Assembly: GCA_045837725.1 (NCBI GenBank)
Contig: JBEWZL010000239.1
Coordinates: forward strand, 620,001 to 684,000
DNA from: Vermamoeba vermiformis
Taxonomy: Eukaryota
Length of the DNA: 64,000 nucleotides
Reading direction: 5' to 3'
In this document: positions 52,221 through 64,000 of the stretch, piece after piece
How positions within the stretch are numbered: position 1 is the stretch's first letter
Layout of the letters: every line of letters starts with the position of its first letter
Translations under genes and position numbers: made by a program
The notes under the pieces: model-generated
Seen by the model: only the letters and a program-made list of their open reading frames with translations
What the model was told of the DNA's origin: nothing
Database searches by the model: none

Positions 52221-52390
52221 CGAGACAAAACTCCGCGATACAAAACCCTCGCGAGCCTCAAAATGATAATTCGTAATTACCGTCTGACTTCAGATCAAGG
52301 TATTAAATTTTGATAAATTTTGCGATGTAAATACTTGTAAATAAATTGTACCATGTTAACGCTATCTGTTTATCTTTGTACGGACCTCGA
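52221..52390 (+). repeat. ~170-bp direct repeat, copy 2
   Basis: Colinear with 49158-49330, roughly 85% identical by eye with small indels. Confidence 0.95.
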
Positions 52391-52406
52391 TCTCACTATT
52401 TACACA

Positions 52407-52916
52407 TTATTTTTGATCTTCCAAGGCGTCCAATGCATTTTCTTCAGTAGGTTTGGCTACTTTAACATCAAGTGCTACTATTTTAACTTTATCGCACGTC
52501 ACAGTCTCGTTGTCTGTTCGAAATGTTGCGTTTTCCAGAATAAATGTCCACACGTTGTCACAAAATCGGTATGTATGTAAATGACCCTAAAATATTTATT
52601 ATAAATTATAGACACCATAATGGATGCATTAATCAAGCAATAGAATTGTTTTGAATTTTTAATAAAAATCGAAAAGTTGATAACTTTGTATTCTTACCTT
52701 GAAAGAAGCCTTGTTCTTAACTCGTGTCGACAATGCCTCAGCAAACGACTGCGAGGATTAGTACCATATTGATAGCCAGTGATGGCTGGATCTTACCTTG
52801 TCAAACTGAGCCAAAACTTTTTCAGCCAGTTCTTCGCTGAGCACGTTATTGTTCTTGAGCTCTTCTAATGTGTCTGTTAAACAATCTCCTAACGTTGTTT
52901 TTCGGTAGATTGACAT
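52407..52916 (-). CDS. TOA2: Transcription initiation factor IIA gamma subunit
   Basis: [39 protein letters not shown]. Two introns. Confidence 0.95.
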
Positions 52917-53351
52917 TGTGTTCGTCTTGGTTGCAAAATAAAACTGAATCCAAAACTGTTTAATGTTCTTGGCGAACACACACTCGAATAAAATTAATAA
53001 AAATCATTCTTATTTAACCAAATCTCCTCACGAAGCTAGCTGTAGTCCAGTACAGGTTCCGTTTTTTAGATGTACGAACACTTGGTAAATAAGCGAATAA
53101 TTCTATCACACTCTATATTCAACCGACTCTGCAAGTACGTTTCGTAATATTTATTCTGAATCGTCTCAAGTGACATCAAATTACATCGCTTTGGCACCAA
53201 AATACGAAGTGACAACATGGACTCGCTGCTATTGTGTTTGACTGCGTGTCAACAGCGTGCAGTGCTGTTGTGAACCGAGCTCTGCACTGAATCAATCGGT
53301 GCGTGCTCTAGGTCCGTTGCTGATGCTAGAAAATTGACTGCCAGGCAACAG

Positions 53352-56052
53352 TTAGACAGTCCAAGGTGATTGGCTGCTCGAATTTGGATCCGAGTCAGCA
53401 GGCAGCAATGAGATTAATTTGCTGCGCAGAGTTTTGAGTCGTTCGAGGATCTGATCAAAGTCCGGGCGATCAGCTGGATTGCGCGCACAACAGTCGCGAA
53501 TGAGCTGTGCGTATTCAGCGGGGATATTGGGAGGCATTTCGGGCAATTGACCCTAGCGCAGTGATTAGAACAGTGTGACACGTGTCAATCAACGAGCTCG
53601 AGACTTACCTGATCAATGTACCGCAGCACAGTGATGGCATCGAGACCCTCGTACGGGGCACGGTGACTGATCAACTCCCACAGCACAATGCCGAAGGAAT
53701 AGACGTCGCTCTTCTCGGTGTATTCTGACGACTCGTTCACGACTTCAGGACCTTGCCACGTCAAAGTGCCTTTGTACTTGCGACGCGAACCACCGCTGTT
53801 GGGCTCAGCGTCCTCAGCAGGCGTGTCTTCAATGATCTTGCTCAAGCCAAAGTCCGCGACTTTAATGTGATAGTTCTCGTCCACGAGCAAGTTGAGACTC
53901 TTCAAATCGCCGTGCAAGATCTTGTGCGCGTGCAAGTACTGCATGCCGCGTGCAATTTCAATGGCAATGCCAGTCTTCTTGGGCCAGCCGAGCACAGACT
54001 CCTTCTTGAGCAACTCAAACAAGTTGCCACCGGGAATGTACTCGGTCACGTAGCACACTGCCGGGCCATCTAGACACGCGCCTAAAAACAGCACGACATT
54101 GGGATGACGGAGCTTGCTGGTGATGATGGAAGGTCAGTTCAGCTCAAGCAAAGCACGCAATCAGTGCACGTACCTGACCAAAGTGATTTCTTGCAAAAAT
54201 GCCTCGAAGCTTTCAGCCGACAGGGCACTCTTGAGCATCTTGACCGCGACTTCAATGCCGCGCCACGTGCCCAAGTACACGTCAGAGAACGAGCCTTCAC
54301 CGATCTTCGCGGTCAATTTCATCTCGTTGTAGGCAATCTCCCATTGGAAGGGACTGGCCTTGCGCTTGATCGAGAGCGGCATGTCAAGCACCTCGCGCTG
54401 CGCGTGATGATGGACGGGCACGTGCGGCTGAGGCTGCAAGACTTGAATGGCACGTTGCAACAAGTCACGGATTGACGTCTCGGTGACAGGTGTCACTTCG
54501 AGGGGCGTGCCAGTGGTGCCGTGGACATTGGGATTGGCTCCTGCCTCGAGCAACACCTTCACAATGTCGATGTAGCCCATGCGCGCTGCCCAATGCAGTG
54601 GTGTTTCACCTGGTTCATGAACGACTGTCAGTTTCACTGAAAGCAGTGCGGTGACATCTGTAAAAGATCTCGTGGACTTTAAGACTCGCTGCTGGCCTCT
54701 ACTTAATTCTTGTGACGAATTTTCAGCTGAAATTTGAGATTGTAAACTGACCAGGAAAAATAACAGCAATGATTTCAAGAATGACGTTGCGAATTGGTCA
54801 AAAACAAGCAGCGAATATTCGTGCGATGAATTTCAAGCAGCTTGATCGTATTGGTGGAATTTAATATGATTTAAAGCGCGTACCGTGATCATTCAAGCTG
54901 TTAATGTTGGCGCGATTGTCGATCAGTGTTCGGACAATAGCAACATGGCCCTATTTAGGAAATTCATGAGAATAAAGATCTAATTGATTCGTGTTCTAAG
55001 TACTATTCTAAATTTCGCTCAAGAAAAGTTTTTTTCAGGTTCACATCCGGACTCACCTTCCAACAAGCGTTATGTAACGGAGTCTCGCCATTGAGATTTT
55101 GAGCGTCAATAAGTGCACCTTTCTATAAGAGTATTAGATATGCAATGTATAATAAAGTATTGACTGGTGATGAGGGCAATTAATAAAAAACTAGATCTAC
55201 AAAATCTTTTTAACTTTAGTTAGGGCAATTTGGCGTGGATAAAGCCGAACTTGATTTAACAATAGGAACATGACTTATTAAACGATTTAATATGCGCAGT
55301 AACGTCGTGCAATTTTAACAGGATTTTTGTAGAAATCTCGAATTATTTTTGATTATAATATTTGCTGCGGAGCCAGTTCGGATCTGTTTTCGAAAGACAC
55401 GCAGCGTAAAATCTTTTTGATTCTTAAAATCTTAGCATATTCTCAATAACATACCAGCAACAGTTGTTCAATTGTGTCTTTGTAATTGTCAGGAAAGTTT
55501 CTTGCATAATAATGTAACGCTGTATTTCCTTCTCTGTTGCCTTTTTCCGCGACTAAATAATCATATTAATATTGGCATATAATAGAGACATGTAAAAGTA
55601 ATCTTGAATAACAAATTAGGAAAATAAAATAAAAACCGATAATAATTTAAAAAATAATTACCAGCAATATTAGGCTGCGACAGGAGCATATAGAACATGT
55701 CCTTATTTTTGCTAAGCGCAGCAAAATGTAAAACAGTCCATTTGCTCGTAGATTCGATGGCATTAATGTCAGCTCCTGCGTCAATTAGCAACTGCGCGAT
55801 CTTGAGGTTGCCCAACTGTGCCGCAGAATGCAATGGGTATCTTCCGACGTGATTAGGGGTATTGACGAGTGCTTTCTTCTTCTTAAGCAAAGCTGCCACG
55901 AGATCTTCGTCGCCCATCTCGGTTGCTTGGGCAAGCAGCTTGACTTTGTCTTTTCTCTTCATACTAAACGAGTTCTTCCTAGAAATTATTTTGTATGACT
56001 TGTCATTTGTATTGTTGTTCTTATTATCAAAGTATAAACTGGCTGTCTCCAT
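53352..56052 (-). CDS. Ankyrin-repeat tyrosine-kinase-like (TKL) protein kinase
   Basis: Ankyrin repeats (YPLHSAA, TALHY, TPLHNAC, TPLHWAA), then IGEGSFSDVY, VAVK, HGDLKSLN, DFG, GTLTWQGPE, DVYSFG. Confidence 0.92.
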
Positions 56053-56331
56053 CATTTTGGTTTATTTTTTGGATCCGAATTTTCTCTGGGGACAACTTAA
56101 CATGCAGTGTTGGACTATCTTCTTTAGCTTCTGATTAAATACGTGGAATGTGGTGTTGATCTAATAATCGTTGAAAAGATTAGATTTGACCTTTGTGTTT
56201 TGGGCTTTTATCAACTGAACAAATCCAACGTAAATTTCATCGAACTACTCCCACATAAATAGCCTCGAATTTAACGTTTGCAATTAAGTCTTCTTACTTA
56301 GAGCTAAGTAAGTGGCGCATATTTACTAGTT

Positions 56332-59300
56332 TTACTTCACATTGCAAACTTTCTTGTGGTTGATCCAATCCGCTTTCTGACAGACGACAGAGCAGTAGTG
56401 GATCTGCTTGCATCGCCCGCACAACGACAAGGGCACGCCAAATATTCCACATGTAGCGCAGAATTTCTTGGGCAGTCCAGGAGGGTGCACTATAATATTC
56501 CAATATACCGTTAGTGATCATTCGTCATCTTGCAATCTCACTGAAGTATACCATCGAACGAGTGCACTTCACCCGCTGGTGCTTTGCTCGGCTGCACGGG
56601 TTGCTGACTCGCGCGGGGACTAGATCGTGCGGGCTCAACGGGAGTGTCGTCAGGCAGTTCAATAATGCTCGACGGCACGCGGGGAGGCAAAGGGACTTTC
56701 GGGGCCTCGTCCATTTCCATTTGGAGATTGCACACGACAATCACTTTGGGGTCTGCAGAGGCCAAGAGCAGCTGATTCGTAGCCTGGCCGTCAGGGGCTG
56801 TTACTTGCGTCAGTTTGATGGCAATAGGGATCTCGCTGTGTTTGGTGTGAACGAAAATAACATTGCCAGTGACGAGATTGAGCACTTTGATTTGTTTCTT
56901 GGCCATAGAGCACGCTAAGTAGTCGCCGCACAGACTTAACACCACGCCCCAGCCTAAAGTATGAATTGTGAGTTGCGTGACTGGGCCGTGAAAATCTCTT
57001 CATGACACGCGTGTCAATTCTTACCATGCGTATCTTCGATGAAATTATGCAACAGGCGCTTCGTTTGATATGACCAAACCATGACGTGCTTCTCCTGTGT
57101 GCATGCAACGACGTAATTGTCGTTCATTTGACAGTCGAAGATCCACGTCCGCTTCACTTCTTCAGGCATTTCATACGCGTACAACAGCTCACCAGTCTCG
57201 AGCGAATGTTCTAACACGCACTTGGACGCAGAAATAATCGATTTCTTGTCCGGTGAAATGTACGCTTTGACCACGTGCGAGTAATGGCCGAACATCATGC
57301 GCTCTTGTTCATTGGTCTTTCTGTTCCACACGCGCACGACATTTTCACGCATGCAGCCAGTCACAGCGTAGTTGTCGTCAAACTAGTGTCGAGATTAGCA
57401 TGTGTGATGGACAGCAGGTGTTGAACTTACATCGACACAATAGACCGGACACGGGCTGCCAATGAAAGTGTTCTTGTTGGCTTTGGTCTGCACGTTGTCT
57501 ATTCGTATTTTAAAGTCCGTATGTGATGCATACGCGAGTTCTTTAGTATTCTCGTGATAACTGACTGCTGTTGGATGATCCACTTGGTAATGAATTCGTT
57601 CTCGATTGCCCAGCTGTCACTCGCGTTAGTATGACACGTGTCATTCGTTCAATTGACCTTACCGAGTTCGAAAAGTTCAAAAAACTAATTGTCTTGTGCC
57701 CTGAGCGCCATACAAAGTTATTTTTGGTGAATTCGCGTGGATGTCTCATCGGACCATCGGCCTCGGGTTCATGACACGTGTAACTCGTGGCTTGTAACTT
57801 CAACAGCTTCAAATTCTTACTGTAGTCCACATACCAGTTAGTAATTGAATAGTCTTAATTGTTCAGTGAACGTACGCTGAAGGACGATATTGAGGTGAGT
57901 CCTTGAATTCAAAGCGATGTACATCTGCTTGCAATAATTAGCTCGTTGTTCAGAACGGTAATTAACCTCCATACCCTTGGCTAGTTTCTTAATATAAGCC
58001 TTTAACTTCTCGTAGTCTTCAGCGTAATTGCCAGTCTCGAGCCCAAAATAGACACTCGGTGCCATTTTCAACATTTCATACGCCAAGCTGTATTTTTTCT
58101 GAATAACACAAGATGAATCATAAAATATCATTATTGTATAGTAAAGTAACGTACGATGGCCGCATAAGCTTTGACCATTTTGAAGTACTCGGGCGGATCA
58201 ATCAAATGATGCCAGTCATCCCAACTAATGGCCTCGTGATATTTCGCAATCGACAAGTCATATTTCTCCTCTTCAAATGACAACTTGGCAATGTCAGCTG
58301 ATTCTTTAGCGTAAGACTTGCGCGTCTTTTCGGTCTTTTTTCTGCACACGGCCACAGGGTCGTGACAGTGTTCGCAGATCGGAATTAATGGATCGTCTTT
58401 TGGCAGGTCCGCCCCCATTTTTAGTAATATCTCGCTGTAATCACCCATGTGGCCTTATTCACTGAATTAGCATTTCATGAACGGACAATCATGCTCGTAC
58501 CTTCATCGACACAATCGTGATAGAATGCCTCGCGAATGAGCGGCACTGCTTTGGTGTATTTGAACTTGGCCAGGGCCGCGACGAGTGCTGCATTGAAATG
58601 TGGTTTCTAAGAATAGAAGGCAAGGTGATTAATACATGCTGCTAGTGTTCAATTATGGTCGTCGTACTTGTTCAGTGTAGTTCATCAAACACTGCATGAA
58701 AAATTCACAAATTTGAGTTTTGTGCTCGTCTTCCACTTGTTCTGCGAGATTTTCTAGCGCCTCTGAAGCGAAATCTCGATTGGGCGCCTTTTGATTCTAT
58801 AAATGGTCATTAATATCATATGTGTATATACACACCACTATAGTCACGTACTGCAATGTATTCTTCGAGTGGTCTAATTGCGGCTGCTTTGAATTTTGGC
58901 AGCAATCTGACTAATTCATCGGGAGTCGCGTAATCGTCTTCTTTGCACGCAAATAACGGCACTAAAATGCGCGCGTCATCTTCAGTGAATCCTTCGTCGA
59001 CTGTATCGAGGGCCTGTTCATGGTAGAATTATTAGTGGCGTGTATGAATGAGATCTGCGTTTGTCGTACGCTAAGGGCTGAATATCGAGCAGCAGGATTG
59101 AGTTGCATCAATGATAAGTCACGTGCCATCGCTACGAGTGCTGGAATATGTTCTTTTGTAAAACCTAAGCGCTTGCATTCCTCGGGCGATAACTTGAGAA
59201 ATTTGAATTAATATAACGTCAAAATTACGAAAAATATTTTCTAAAAATAATAGGCGAGATAATGGTGATAAATAAACGGTTTGAGTAAAAAAATAAGAAA

Positions 59301-59483
59301 GAATATTCGGATCGATTATTTTTAGCTTTTGATTATTGGTTGACTTACGTCTTCTGGCACTTTTATTAAAAATGATAATGGTGGGTTTGCATATTGACGC
59401 ATAGTCTCTGGAGGAAACGTTGTGAAAGGGCGGATTTGCGCGCCTTCTTTCTTTTTCGCAGCCTTATTGGCTTTTCTTCTCAT
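56332..59483 (-). CDS. Multidomain protein: DUF1186-like helical domain, TPR-like segment, WD40 repeats, C-terminal MYND zinc finger
   Basis: LGFTKEHIPALVAMARD...AAIRPLEEYIA...FNAALVAAL...AVPLIREAF..DCVDE...GDYSEI. WD-like VRVWN/FGH/VMVWS repeats. Last exon CATC...LCGRCKQIHYCSVVCQKADWINHKKVC. Confidence 0.75.
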
Positions 59484-59633
59484 ATCTCCGTTATTCCTCT
59501 ATTTTTGTAATGTTTTTTCGAAAGATTTGTTGTTAGTTATCCTTAAAAAATATGTGTAATGAAAAAACGGTCTTTAGAGTTAATTTTGGATCCACAAAGC
59601 TTCCTCAAAGAGAATTCATTGCTTTATTACTTA

Positions 59634-62600
59634 TTACAACTCATCAGCAATGGTTAATTCTTCTCCAAATTTGAATTCGCTTTGATATTTTGACGCTTGC
59701 TGCGAAGACTTCATTTTCTTGTGCCAGCGCACATTTTCAATCAAAAGCACGAGACCAGGCAACAATAGCACACCGATGAATATGATAAATACCATCAAGT
59801 ACTCGAAGTCTGAGGCCGACACTTGGCCAGACACACTTACACCGCAGTTGTTTGGATCTGATCGCACGCCATTCGCGTCAATAACCTGCGAACAATTAAG
59901 TCAATACCAGTCGTATATAAATGGAGTATATACGTACGGTGACCACGTATTCAAATGCCGAGCCAGACTGCGCAAGAGTGTTCTGCATGGTGACATTGGT
60001 GTAGTTGACAGTCGCGAGCACGAGGCCGTTCGAACTGATCTCGTACTGACACGGGCAACAGCAGTCAGCAGGGTACAGACACGCAGTCCAGTTCAGCTTG
60101 GTGCCGATAGATGTGCCGAGCTCTGAGATCACATCGTAGTACTGCAAGTTCCACACGGGCTTGGGCACGGGACACGGCACATTGATGCTAAACTTGGACG
60201 AGCCTGCGTGTGCGGGCTCTGCATTATCGCCGACTGACACCTGTGACACGTGTCAATCACAGAACAGTTCAATATATGTGAATTAGAGTACTACGCACCG
60301 TGAAGTCGTAAGTACCAGGCGCAGCGTTCTCAGCCAAATAGACGTAGACATCTGCTGCTGCAACTTCCCCTGGCATCAACGAGGCCACGCCTGATGTGAA
60401 GCCCCGCGAGCCAAAGTGCGCTACGACGCCTTGATTGACGAATGGCAGGGCATTGGGCCGCAGTGAGACCCACATGGAGCTGTTGCCGCACGTCTTTTGA
60501 TCGAGATTGGTCAAGTTCAACGAGCCAATCACGAACTCTTGCTCGGCACCAACACTGAACACTGGCGCGTAGTCTGTTTGATTCACAATCACAAATGGCG
60601 GGAGAATGTTGCACGTGGAATTGACGATCAAGCGTAGATCAATTGAAGCCTAGCAGCCTTGTTAGTACGTCGTATTAATGCACAATTAGGCCACGTACTG
60701 CATACGACAAGGTAGACACAGGATCAGTAGCGTTGATGTACACGGTGAAGTTAAACTCGCCGTCGTATTTGACAGGCAGAGCCACTGAAAATGAGCCGCG
60801 ATAAACTTTGCCGCGCTCAAAATTAGAACTCGACGGGTCAGCACTGATGGGAATGCCCAACGACTTCATGTAGTCTTTTTGTGTTTGATCCAATGACACG
60901 CGGAACGTACTCTGCAAACACTATTAGTCACCACAGACAAGTATTGGACAGCACTTACCTTGTCGCAGTACTCGTTGTCAGTGCTGCGGACTTCAAAAGT
61001 AAACACCGCTGTGCTACCGGAAAAAGCATGCAATTCACTCGAACTCGTCAGTGTGACATTGGGCGTACCTCTGATGCATCGACCAATCAATATTGAACTC
61101 GAGGCATAACCGACTCGATTTCGAGCTGTGTCAGTGAGTGCAAATCTGCGACGGTGTTAGCGATGATAATGACAGACACTAGTGCTTACGTGAGTTGGAT
61201 GGGCACGGGGTCCGTGAGTGAACTGTTCAAACTCTGAAATCCGTCCGCCAATGTGATATTGACGTGTTCCCAAGTGTTGTTCGTGGCCGCGAGCAAATAT
61301 TGTTGTTTGCTCCAGCGCGGCACAATGTTCTGTATAATTATTTCAGTTAAAATCTAAGCCATGGTAATGCATCTTGATCGGTGACTCACCAATGACGTGT
61401 TGACGCTGCTGAAATCTACCGAGAGCACCGAGTCATCGCAGGGCCACGAGTCAGTGTTCTTGGACCAGAACTCGCATTTGAAGCCAGACTGATCAGAGCC
61501 GCGTGCAGGGGCATAGAGCTTTGGATTTTCAATGTTCACGAGCTTGGGACAGTTGACGTAAATGAACGGCGTGTTTCTCTCGCACGTCGTGGGTGATAGT
61601 GCAATCTTATTTTGATAGGTTAGAAATGATTCTTAATCGCTACAAGCTTACATTAATATTCTGTGATGATTGGGACCCATTGTCGTTAAAATTGACCGCA
61701 ATGCTCTTAGACTGTGAAGGCACATCCGGTGCTGTAGGACCGGACACGAGCAGCACTGATGTCGTTCTGAACACATGTTAGCTCAAATGATAGGCTAATT
61801 AATCGAACTTACTTGGTCCCTGCTTCTACGCGCAAACTGTCAGCCAAAACCAACGATTCAATTGGCAATTCTGAGAATTGGTTAAAATACTTTGCACAGA
61901 TAGAACTCAAGGTGTTACTTACCAGACACTTCAGTGGCCGTCAAATCAAAGTCGAGATCAGTGCAGCTGTGCGTGTTGTCAACGGTGACGAGTGTGAAGT
62001 AACTTATGATAACTTAGTATTAATATAATTATGTAGCTCGACTTACCCTTCACGTGCTGCCATTTTGAAGTTGACATCTTGCACATTGATCGAGGGCTTC
62101 CAGTCATCGAGACATTTGGGTCTAAATGTCACAAGCACTTGTTGCGTGGTTTCGAGTAGCACTGCGTCATTGGTGGTGGCATTCATCGCTAAGACCAGTG
62201 TGACATTAGTGCCGAGCAGTGACTCGTCGTCAGGCACGGTCAGTTCGAGCTGAATAGCGCGCGTGCTCTGTGATTGAAGTGTCACGAGAGCTGTGCCAGT
62301 GACATTTCCAGCGAGTTGTTCTTTGCTGTCGATCCACTGATACGGCCAGGCAGGGGACAATACGCGCACGTCAAACTGCTGCTCTTCACACGAGAATGAA
62401 TGCCCATTCTCCAGTGTGATGTCGATGGTAAGCTGCAAGCATTAGTTTGATGCTTAATAAGAAGGGTATGGCTTACCTTTCCACCGATCCTGGCCAGTGC
62501 CGTGCTGTTCGTTATTATTGCCGGCGGGTTCTTTTGACACGTGTCAGGAAAGACAACGCCAAGTGTCAACATCGAATTGTGTGAAGTGGAGTTGTAGCTG

Positions 62601-64000
62601 TTAGTGCCATTCAAATGAAACTTGAATGCAGATAGTGTCAATGACGATGTGCCTTGATAACTGAACTGACACTCGACATTGCAAGTCTGTTGCGGCAACA
62701 AGAACAACGAATTGGGCGTGCATTGAACGTCCCAGTCTTGGATCTGACTGAAATAAAAGTTGTAATTCAATGGCACGCACGTCATCGTGTCAGCATTGGT
62801 CACGGAAAGTGTCACATTGAATTGACTTCGCGTGTCCTTCAAATGAATGAATTGAGTCGTGCTCGTGCTCAATGTGTTGTTCATATCTGCTGCCCAGAGT
62901 GTCATGTCGGGAATATAAGAACGCTTCTTTGATGGCGGCAGCAACGGATATTCACCCGTTGTAGTTGTCACGAGTGACGTTGGCAAGAAGTAATCGGAGT
63001 GCGGCAGCACTGTGCTGTATGAATTGCCTAACAAGGAAATATTAGAACGTGTTGGTTTCTCGGTTAGTGACGTACTAATGGTGCAGTAGAAGTGTATGGT
63101 GACGGTGAGTTCGGCTTGATTTTTGTTGAACGTTCTCAAGCTGTCATAACGAATGCCAAAGGTCACCGCTGGATCACGATAAAACTCGCCAGGTCTCAAT
63201 TCAGTCACGTATTGCGTCGGTGCGTTGAAGTAATTCACATGCACAATCAAGCTACAAGTCGTTAGTCAGACATACTTTGTACTTGTTGGTGCGTACCTGT
63301 CTTCTGACACGACATTTTCTCCGTGATAAAACGAGAAAAAGAAGTACGGTAGTGGATTTCGATTGTACTCATCGGCCTTCTTAATCTTCAGTGCCATGTA
63401 CGAGCTATTGGCTGAGTTTTGTGGCAATTGATTGGCCGGTGACAGCGTGTACGTGCCTGCTGTGCTGACTTCTAAGACCTTCTCTGGCGGTATCCAGCCC
63501 AGTTGGACTATAAATAGAACATGTTAATTTGCATCCACGTGTCGTGTAGCGCACGTACTTCTGTACGGGGCGATGAACTGAAATATTTCTGCGTGCTCCA
63601 CCACTGATTGCCCATCCAGCCCGTAGGATCGCCGTACTCGACGAACTCGCCGCTCAACATTAATTTCCTGCCGGCGTGTCGCAGTCCAAAGTTGTGGCCG
63701 AGCTCGTGAACATACACACCGAGATTGTCACAGTTGGACACCCACGTGCGACACAACTCATTGCAGCCTACATTGCCGAGACCATTCCACTTGCACAGCT
63801 AATGAATCGGATTAATATGAAGTCTATTGGCAGTGATGAGACGTACCGTTAAGTGAAGGTGCGGACTGCTGGGCAACACGAAGATGTGATGTTCGTAGCG
63901 ACTGAACTCAACGCCATCACGTTCACGCGCCATCTGAGTAGCTCTGTCAGCCCAGTAGTCTGGCCTGCAATAAGGTTCATCGGCTATTTTTAGATCAAAA
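59634..64000 (-). CDS. Peptidase M11 (gametolysin-like) metalloprotease with beta-sandwich stalk and C-terminal TM; 5' end outside the window
   Basis: VHELGHNFGLRHA...EYGDPTGWMG, LGWI, then >1000 aa of beta-rich N-glycosylation-rich sequence and TM YLMVFIIFIGVLLLPGLVLLI. Confidence 0.8.

Larger units (their letters stand above)
302..62546. repeat. Dispersed 12-bp palindrome TGACACGTGTCA, at least 19 exact copies
   Basis: Starts at 302, 3744, 6744, 8579, 10552, 10910, 18170, 26247, 29157, 29509, 30766, 33963, 36860, 37069, 39816, 53576, 57632, 60244, 62535. Confidence 0.9.

Noticed and set aside
49158-52390. LTR retrotransposon or Helitron interpretation of the direct repeats
   Set aside because: No TG...CA ends, PBS/PPT, gag/RT/integrase or Rep-helicase. 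The internal gene has introns and copy 1 overlaps host coding sequence.
56294-56521. 75-aa ORF in the track as a separate gene
   Set aside because: Wrong frame. The region is the MYND-finger last exon of the upstream WD40 gene.
302-62546. Palindrome copies as a CRISPR array or MITE family
   Set aside because: Copies are 12-16 bp, irregularly dispersed, with unrelated flanks and no TSDs or cas genes.

Overview
Gene-dense, intron-rich eukaryotic nuclear DNA, probably from an amoebozoan-like protist (inferred from the calcineurin B sequence and an ankyrin-repeat TKL kinase; not verified). Most introns are 40-100 nt GT-AG. About 27 protein genes were reconstructed by eye. Most are housekeeping: metallophosphoesterase, SAE1, HEATR5, PMS1-type MutL, calcineurin B, MEMO1, ATP synthase f, C12orf4, RPS16, RPL13, LTO1, MORC, uridine kinase, TMA7, gamma-COP, cN-II nucleotidase, acyl-CoA oxidase, UBR1, TFIIA-gamma and an M11 peptidase. 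Five observations stand out. (1) A 2.9-kb intact gene for a PD-(D/E)xK nuclease plus kinase (Crinkler-like architecture) is bracketed by ~170-bp diverged direct repeats that duplicate the 3' end of the upstream gene. (2) A highly iterated palindrome system: at least 19 exact TGACACGTGTCA copies, 14 in introns and often at the branch-point position, plus very dense CACGTG inside some coding regions. (3) One U12-type intron and two GC-AG introns. (4) A bacterial-like DUF1186 domain fused to WD40 repeats and a MYND finger. (5) An orphan peptide deformylase exon. All family calls come from motif recognition, not database searches. CDS coordinates span introns.
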